DNA of 64,000 bases from Octopus sinensis. Taxonomy: Eukaryota. The position numbers and the translations under genes are program-made. Positions within the stretch are counted from its first letter, which is position 1. Each line of letters opens with the position of its first letter. Under the pieces are notes generated by a model. That model ran no database searches and was not told the origin of the DNA. It was given only the letters and a program-made list of their open reading frames with translations. The DNA lies in the NCBI RefSeq assembly GCF_006345805.1, contig NC_042997.1:161138001-161202000 (forward strand). Direction: 5' to 3'. Below, piece after piece: positions 56,154-64,000 of this stretch.

Positions 56154-57413
56154 CAGGGGATGGATAAACTAATAGAAACACGTTAAAATTTCAAACAAAT
56201 CTAATTTAATATGGGACACGACCGCCTTTGGCAATAATTACAGCTTGAATTCTACAAGCTATGGATTCATACAGAGTTTGAATTGATTCCAAAGGAATTC
56301 TTCAGCTAAAACCGTCTCCAGTTCTTGTAGTGATGATGGTGGAGGATATTGACTCCTTACTTGTTTTTCTAAATGCACCATAAAGGTTCAATAATTTCGA
56401 TATCTGGGGACTGTGGTAGCCAGATAAGATGTTCAACGTCACTAGAATGTTCCTCGTGCCATTCAGTAACATCTTTAGCTCTGTGAATTGGTGCATTATC
56501 ATCCTGAAAGATTGCGTTTTCTTCCGGAAACAGTTCCGCAACTATAGGATGAATTTGATCAGAGAAAATGTTTAAATAGTATTGACTATTAATTCTGCAA
56601 TGAAGGAAAACCATTGGGCTAGCGGATTTCCAAGATATAGCTCCCCCATCCGCCAGATCATCACCAATCCTCATCCATGTTTAACAGTTTGAAGAAGGTA
56701 GTCTGGGTCAAATGCTTCTTTTGGCTGTCTCCACACGTAAGTCGGCCGGTGGTCAAAAATACGCTAAAGAATGACTCGTCCGAAAAAATAACATTCTTCC
56801 ACTTGCTCTAGGAATCAATTCTGCAGGTTTTACTCCACTCTAAATGCTTTGCAACGTCTGTTTTTGAAAGTAGTGGTTTTCTGATAGCAGCCCTCCGTGA
56901 AATCCGGCTTTGTGCAGCTCCCGGCGAACAGTCTTTGTTGAAACTGGGTTCTCAAGGTGGCCATTAAGCACTGCAGTAATTTTGGGAGCTGTACTTTTTG
57001 GTGCTTTCTAACAATTCGCGTAAGAGTCCTATGGTCCCTATCTGAAAGTTGTCTTCCGGAGTTCTGTTTCGACGAGGAGGGTTTTCTGTCTTTCTCAAAG
57101 GCTGTCATTACTTTCGAATCAGTACTTCTTGATATACCAAACATTTCGGCTGTTTTCGTTACACTGGCGCCTGCCATATGAGCACCAACAATTTGACCTC
57201 TTTGAAAGTCTGATAGATCTGTCATTTTCATGAATTTTAATTGCATTTTTCTAATGATATCTGAACAAAAAACAGCAAACATATTAAGCAACACTAAAAA
57301 TGAATAAAAGAAACATAAAATAAGCAAAATACAAACTTTTGACGGGTTTTATAGATATTTCAAAGTTATGATGCCATGATGCTAGGTGTTCCATTTGATT
57401 TGTCTAACCCTTG
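56154..57413 (-). mobile_element. Full-length decayed Tc1-family (DD34E) element
   Basis: TIRs CAGGGG(A/T)TGGA.AAA at both ends, 1260 bp. Motifs MTDLSDFQRGQIVG, VIFSDES, IFQDDNAPIH and WLPQSPDIEIIEPLW. Confidence 0.92.
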
Positions 57414-57464
57414 TGTGTGGTCTGTGTATGTGTTTGTGTGTGTGTGTACGGATATATATATGTA

Positions 57465-57500
<36 letters not shown>

Positions 57501-57625
57501 ATAGTATATATATATATACATATATACATATATATAGATATATATATACATGCACACACATATATATGTATATATGTATATAGATATATATATATATATA
57601 TATATAATATATATATATATATATA

Positions 57626-57800
57626 CAAAAAGCAATAAAGATTCAAGTTAATTTAAATGAATTTACTTGAATATGGTACCTAACTTAGATGCACCAAAAC
57701 AAAATATACGGTTTAGGATTACAGTAATGTGGGGTGATTATAAGCGAGAAAGAAGCAACAAGACCTAAAAGCCTATCCATTCTTGTTGCTTCTTTCTCGC
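57626..57800. mobile_element. Minimal fold-back member of the 21404-21968 family
   Basis: The reverse complement matches 21835-21968 (GCTTATAATCACCC...GGTGCATCTAAGTTA.GTACCATATTCA). Perfect 20-bp arms 57744-57763 and 57781-57800. (TA)n on both sides. Confidence 0.8.
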
Positions 57801-58108
57801 GTATATATATATATATATATATATTATATATTATATATATATATATATATATAGGTATATTAATAGATAGATAGATATAACATATAACCGTTTAGTTTAC
57901 TTCGGGCAAAAGTTTCGTAATGCGCTCTTAAAAGATTCCCTACTACTTGTTGTCGGGTACCAACTGTTAATTCTACTCTACAGAGTAATCTGATAGTATG
58001 GTTATACACGTGATACCTCTTTCAGATTATGATAAATATAATAATAACAATAACATGCGGTTGGAAATTTCTAAGCTCTGTTAACTTATATAATATATTC
58101 TTTAGTGA

Positions 58109-58143
<35 letters not shown>

Positions 58144-58145
58144 TG

Positions 58146-58750
58146 AATTAACATCTAATTTAGGATTAAATTTTTCGAAAAAAAATCCCCTCAATGGCCA
58201 GCATATTAAAAAATACCTTAAAAAGTTAAATTTATAAACAATTTATAAGTAAGGGCAAAAGAAAAAAATTCTAATGCCAAAATATGCCGAAAATAGACAC
58301 AACGTCAATAACCATGTAATTTATCATTACAAGCACGCGTTTCGAAGAAAGGCGACAGATTTTCTAAAAAATCACGTTATTACCATATCGGACCCGATTT
58401 CAGAGTTAGTTCATAAGAACCTTCCCTTCATCAGTGATAAATGCGGCAAAGAAATAAGTGAAATACTTACTTATACCCATGGAAGAAGTGAACACTAAGT
58501 CATGAGCACAATTAAGTGCCCCAAATATATCCAAAATAGAAACTCTCTAGCCCATCTCGAGACACGTGCGATTCGAACTGAAAAACTCTCGTAAAGTGAG
58601 AGTGTCCGGAAGTGAACACTATTAAATTAACATCTAATTTAGGATAAAAGTTTTCGAAAAAAATTCTATCAATGGCCAGCATATTAAAAAATACCTTTAA
58701 AGGTTAAATTCATAAACAATTTATAAGGAAGGCCCTTACTTATAAATTGT
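58146..58750 (-). mobile_element. Tandem-type unit: 479-bp period direct repeat, decayed hammerhead, 17-bp terminal fold-back
   Basis: Direct repeats 58146-58256 and 58625-58733. Minus-strand CTGATGA-AGGGAAGG...CCTTTCTTC-GAAAC-GC-GTG at about 58330-58438. Inverted 17-mer at 58734-58750. Confidence 0.7.
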
Positions 58751-58765
58751 ATATATATATATATG

Positions 58766-59489
58766 TATAATCGTTAAACAGGACGTCAAACATTAAGGCA
58801 AGGCAAACATCTCAAGTCATAATCAATATTATTACAGGAAGAAATTCAAAATCTTACACCTCTTTCTAGGATATCCTCGAGTATGGAATATTCCGTCATC
58901 AGAGGCAAATTAGGGAAAAAAATATGGAAAATGAAAATGGTATATATATATATATATATAAGATGATAACATAGAGGAAGGGAGTAAAAGAATTAGGAGA
59001 TGGAAAGAGAGAAGAAAAGAAGCATAAGAGTTTATAGTTCAACTTTCCGAAGTTACAGAAACCAAAGCATGAGTAATTAGGTGCAAGCCTGTGTATATCC
59101 ATGAGTGTAAGTCCTTAGGTGCAATCCTGCGTATATCCATGTGGGTTAAAGTCCTTATATAGTAGACATCCCAAGAAAATGACGCGAACATATCAAGCTT
59201 CAATATGTTTTCTGTAATTTGTCTCTGATGACGAATATCCATACTCGAGGATATCCCAGAAACAGCTGTAAGATTTTGAATTTCTTCCTGTAATTATATT
59301 GTATATAACTTGCTTTGCCTTCATGTTTGACGGCCTGTTTAACAATTATATATCCGCTGCATCGGAGATCTGCAATGGGTCCATAACTACCGTCTCGGCT
59401 ATAACCCTGGAGCCCTAGTAATCCGTTACAGCACTTACCTAGCGTATCTAATCGTTTAGATCACCTGTGAACTAAATCCCCATACTTTG
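58766..59489. mobile_element. Fold-back hammerhead element in (TA)n
   Basis: Inverted arms 58766-58911 and 59216-59350, spacer about 300 bp, tail 59351-59489. Confidence 0.8.
59221..59274 (+). ncRNA. Minimal type I hammerhead motif, core intact
   Basis: GTCT-CTGATGA-..ATATCC(atactcga)GGATAT..-GAAAC-AGCT-GTA-AGAT with palindrome ACAGCTGT. The mirror copy at 58851-58906 has GAAAG-AGGT-GTA (stem III broken). Confidence 0.75.
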
Positions 59490-59542
<53 letters not shown>

Positions 59543-59776
59543 GTGTGTGTGTGTGTGTGTGTGCGTGTGTGTGTATGTGTGTGTTTGTATACACTCATAC
59601 ACACATACATACATAAATTTATCTGCATGCAAGTTCATGTGTGTAAATTATGCATGTATTCAGATATTTACGTTGGATGTTTAATTATGTGCGTGTGTGC
59701 ATACACTCACACATGCAAACACGCATATATGTATGTGTGTGTGCCTGTGCGTGTGTGTGTGCATGTGTGTGTGTAC

Positions 59777-59811
<35 letters not shown>

Positions 59812-60454
59812 TGTACAAACGACATAAAGGGTCATTCTACTCATGTAGGTACTACGTATATTAGAACTTAAAAGTTTGATGCAGCTTCATGCAACTTAAA
59901 GTTTTGTAGAGTCGTGGCAAAACAATGGTGAATTACACGCGCTCCATTAGCTAACGCAAGTTTAAGATAGACGGACAAATGGCATAATTCTGAGATGAAG
60001 TTATCATGCATATTTATCAACCCTTTATTTGATCGACTAAGGTTCCACATGTGCTGAGAAATTTAACACCATCGTGCTATAGTGTTTGGAAGCAGTGATA
60101 TTAGAAAATCTAGGAATATTTGACCAAAGGAGGTTATAGGGAAGAATACGAGCCGATCTAGTTTCATATTTTATTAGATCATGGCGAAAATGTAACATGT
60201 TGCTGAAAAATTCCTACCACATGTAAACTATAATTGACCCTTTCAAATACACGGAAGAAACATTTATATGTAAACTGTTCGTAGATATATTATTTAGGCT
60301 GCAATGCAAATTGCATTTGATCAGTATCAACTATGCTCATAAACTATACTTAGAATGAACACTGATGAGATGATTTTGATCCCGTCAGAGTACTTTTAAA
60401 GTATTCGCCTCAATTTTTCCCTTTGTAAAATATGTATGTATGTTTATATGTACT

Positions 60455-60925
60455 TTTGTTTCAAGATTTCTTGCCAATAGAGAAGGAGCCGATTTCTAAT
60501 CTACATCCAAGGTTACTTCATTGGAATTTCAACATCAACAACAGGGTATTATTGTATGCATGTATGTATGTACGTATGTATGTATACGTGCAGATTTGTA
60601 TGTTTTATTTTATCTATGTCTTCTCATGCATATACTTGCATATATATGTTCATTTATACTTAAATGATAACTTCTAGAAAGTTCTGGAGATTTTTACAGT
60701 TCCAGTGATGGATTAGATCTGTAGTTTTTGAATCAGCTTTTTCCTTTCTGATTCTGAGAAACCTAATTTCTCAAGACTAGTATTTAGGCACTGTGTTACA
60801 TATCCCAGTGTCACAATAATTACAATTATAAATCTGAACCTGTAATCTGGAAAGAGTAATTGCAGATTTCTCAATAGTTCAGCATAGGTATTCTCCTTTT
60901 CATTGATCTTTAGTTTTATATTAAC
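60455..60925 (-). mobile_element. 5'-truncated RLE-type LINE 3' fragment
   Basis: ENTYAELLRNLQLLFPDYRF..LGYV..LEKLGF. Colinear with 47470-48130. Confidence 0.8.
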
Positions 60926-61039
60926 GTACGTATGTATGTATATATGTATGTATGTATGTATGTATGCATGTATGTATGTATGTATGTATGTATGTATGTA
61001 TGTATGTATGTATGTATGTATGTATGCATATATGTATGT

Positions 61040-61335
61040 ATGCAACATTCATAGAGTTTGAGTGAAAAGTTGCAATATCGGAAGGTGTGCGCAAGATGTG
61101 TCCCACGAATGCTCATAGAAGATCAAAAACGGCAACCTACCTTATAGTCCGGACTTGGCACCAAGTGACTACCATCTGTTCCCTAAGTTGAAAGAACATT
61201 TGGCCAGAATGCGCTTCAGCAACGACGGCGAGGTGAAAGATGAGGTTCAACGCTTCTTCAATGACATGGCGGTGAGCTGGTATGACCTGGGCATACAAAA
61301 TCTGCCCCAGCGCCTACATCAGTACATCGACCGAA
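61040..61335 (+). mobile_element. Mariner transposase fragment
   Basis: VPRMLIEDQK joined by a deletion to YSPDLAPSDYHLFPKLKEHL..WYDLGIQNLPQR. Confidence 0.85.
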
Positions 61336-61424
61336 ATTATATATATATATATAGCTTATGAGAGGTAATGGTGTCAAATGTTCGGAAATCTTTCACAGCC
61401 TTGGCTTTTTATATCTCATTCTGT

Positions 61425-61511
<87 letters not shown>

Positions 61512-61699
61512 ATGTGTGTGTGTGTGTGTTGTGTGTGTCCGCGTGTGTGTGTGTGTGTGTGTGGTGTGTGTGTGTGTGTGTTGTGTGTGTGTGTGTGTGT
61601 TGAAATAACAATTTATAAACAATTAATGCAACGCTACGCGCGTTTCCACAAATCTCATGCTTCTTAAGATCACAGTCCGTATTTCTGGGATGACTACAG

Positions 61700-62340
61700 C
61701 GTAGTTCGTAGTATCCATACGCATTGGGTTGATGATTTTCATGGACTTATTTCTCCAGGCGATATAACATTAATTGATGTTTAACAGAGGGATATTTATT
61801 CTTTTGCGGAAGTTGATTTAGTTATATCTCAATACTTTTTCAGGGAGAGACATTTATTAATTTCAAAGAAGTAAAAGTTTTAATCTTCTTCAAAATAAGA
61901 TTCTCTGTCTTCAATACATTTTTGTAGCGCTTCAGCCTCTCTGTGATCACCTCATACAAGTCCTTCAAAATGCAGATGTTCAGGACCCTTATCGCAGCCT
62001 CCATAATCTTATACTTTAGCATGGGGACGCAACCAAATGTGAGAGGAAGCAGATTCTAAACGAAGGATGACGGATAGTTTTGATGCTGTTCTCTGTCAAG
62101 TAGTTGGTTACCAGAATGGAATTGTGGATTTGTGCATTGCCCTAATGCAAGTCCTCTAACATTTTGGGACTAAATCTCTTGCTGAATTCCCTCAAAATTT
62201 CCATAAATTATTTTTTGTTTACCGTATGTCCAGAGGAAATCCGGTGGATATAGACGTTGTCCTTAGTGTTGATAAAGATCATGATGAACTTCCCAGTGGA
62301 CCTGTATGGTTGCCCGCTTCTGCCAGCAAGAAACACATGC
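61700..62340 (-). mobile_element. Decayed Tx1/L1-like RT fragment
   Basis: VLNICILKDLYEVITERLKR resembles LLNxDYKILAKVLAERLK. Upstream WKF*G..DLV. Confidence 0.4.
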
Positions 62341-62383
62341 TCGGATAATATAAGTTAACTTAATCTATAATCTGGTCAGCTAA

Positions 62384-62703
62384 TCTATATCTATAAAATA
62401 GTCCTTGGATGAAAATTGTATGCACGTTTTGCTTTGACGGTAAATGGCGGCCAAACCGAGGTTACGATCTAGCTGAAAATTGGCAGGGATACTAAATGCG
62501 TGGTGAGGATGACACCTGCGATGGATAAAATTCGCAAGCTATAAAGATATGGTTGCTATGGCAAAAAGAGTGATTTTTTATCGATTCAAGGGGGCCCAGA
62601 GCCTCTCTAGGTTTGTGCGATTGACTTTTAATGCCCAGCGGCATGCACTGCAGTCTGTTGTGCTTAATAACCATACATTTTGTCGCAAAATTCCGGCTAC
62701 TAG
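62384..62703 (+). mobile_element. Possible non-autonomous Helitron
   Basis: A|TCTATATCTATAAAA start and a CTAG at 62700-62703, but the 3' hairpin is degraded and the following base is G. Confidence 0.35.
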
Positions 62704-63773
62704 GAAACGATTTTTCATTGTGAAAAAACGAGTGCTTTTTGCCCTCATTTTCTTTTTAATCTTTTTATAAAAGTGAAAGGATTTCGTCTATTTATTTCTG
62801 CTGTCCACTTACGACGGTGATTCAGTTGACTAGGAAAACTATAGGTAATGAATATCCAATACCAAACTATCTTAATCTACATATTGAAACTGCATTAAAC
62901 TTTGGCAAGCTTACCTTTGCCTATTCTGAGTTGGTGATGTTTCCTTCCCTCTCTTCTGATTGTTGATACCTTTTGTTTTTACCTTTGATACCGTTCTTTC
63001 ACTTTAAGGATGCTTCTTTACCCAGCCATTATGATATTTCGACTACTGTCCATTGTTTCAAATAGTTTTTATCATTGTCATTGTAGCCCTTTTTAAACAC
63101 TCACATATGATTCGTCCCAAAGAATTAACCTTTAAATAAGAGTTTTGCTTCCACTAGCGAAAGGTATACGTATCTTTCAGGAAGTTCCATACCAATTTAA
63201 CCTTATGCAGCATTCGCGGTTAGTTTATGTGCGCGCTATGTGGGAAGATAGAATAAAATAGCTCCCTTTGCTGTTGAAAAGAATAAACTCGAATAGGGGT
63301 AGTTTCAACATCTTCCTTCAATTTCCTTACACCATTTATGTGGCTGTTTCTGACAAGACATTTCGCTTTCATGTAAAAGAACTATATTTTGTGGTCATTA
63401 TCTGTAATCTACTCCCAGAACACTTCAGTAGCTCTACTTTACATCGCTTGCAAACTTATATGTTCTATGATAATCAAATTGCAACGGCCTCCACAATAAC
63501 CAGCCTTCAATTTGATTTTCCGTTCCTAGGTTAATCGGAAACAGATTGCCATGCTACACATAAACCTTCTAGGTAGGTCAATTATTTTGTGAGAAAAATA
63601 CCACGAAAGCAACTTAAACCGTCCAAAGTATGGGTACGTTTGCTAGTTAAATGTATATTAATGGTATACAAAAATTACAATAATGAAGGACATTTATAAC
63701 CGTGGCTCCTAAAAAAATTCTCAAATCTTTTGGAATGCATCTCTTACACACATACACACACACATACACATAC

Positions 63774-63819
<46 letters not shown>

Positions 63820-63885
63820 TAAAGATAGGAAGTAGCACTCAATACGTGTGTCAAGTTATATACATATAATAATTTTATTCAGTTC

Positions 63886-63939
63886 AACATTACTAAAAGT
63901 TTCGGGAGCACGTGGGATACATCTTAATCGTCAGATGTT
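63886..63939 (-). ncRNA. Partial hammerhead-like motif
   Basis: AACAT-CTGACGA...GAAAC-TTTTA-GTA-ATGTT. Core and 5-bp stem I are present but stem II does not close properly. Confidence 0.4.
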
Positions 63940-64000
63940 CGTCTCCAGTTTCCAAAGAACCGTCAAGTGACGTCTTCTACGCATTCTCAAATTAAGTATC

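Noticed and set aside
60355-60400. CTGATGA-GATG...CGTC-AGAGTACT hammerhead-like string
   Set aside because: GAAA is absent and stem I is unpaired, so it is too degenerate to call.

Overview
AT-rich animal non-coding DNA. It is most likely an octopus or other coleoid cephalopod, inferred from the tRNA-derived SINE families and the very high (TA)n/(CA)n/(TACA)n load; this was not verified. I found no host protein-coding exon. The ORF-track entries are microsatellite read-through or decayed transposon ORFs. The window holds several Tc1/mariner elements, Helitrons, restriction-like-endonuclease (R4/Dong-type) LINEs, CR1-, Tx1/L1- and RTE-like fragments, and many SINEs. The most notable signal, read by eye, is a set of mostly sequence-unrelated small elements inserted in (TA)n arrays that share one architecture: an inverted (fold-back) pair of arms, one arm stopping short at the TA array and the other carrying an extra tail. 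Several carry minimal type I hammerhead ribozyme motifs (CUGANGA...GAAA-palindrome-UH) pointing outward in each arm. About a dozen intact or decayed hammerhead motifs occur, with different palindromic stem III sequences. Three Penelope-like GIY-YIG endonuclease remnants lie nearby or inside. Hammerheads and inverted termini are established features of Penelope-like elements. Whether these miniature non-autonomous fold-back forms are undescribed needs a database and literature check. No computation was run, so coordinates of decayed elements are approximate.
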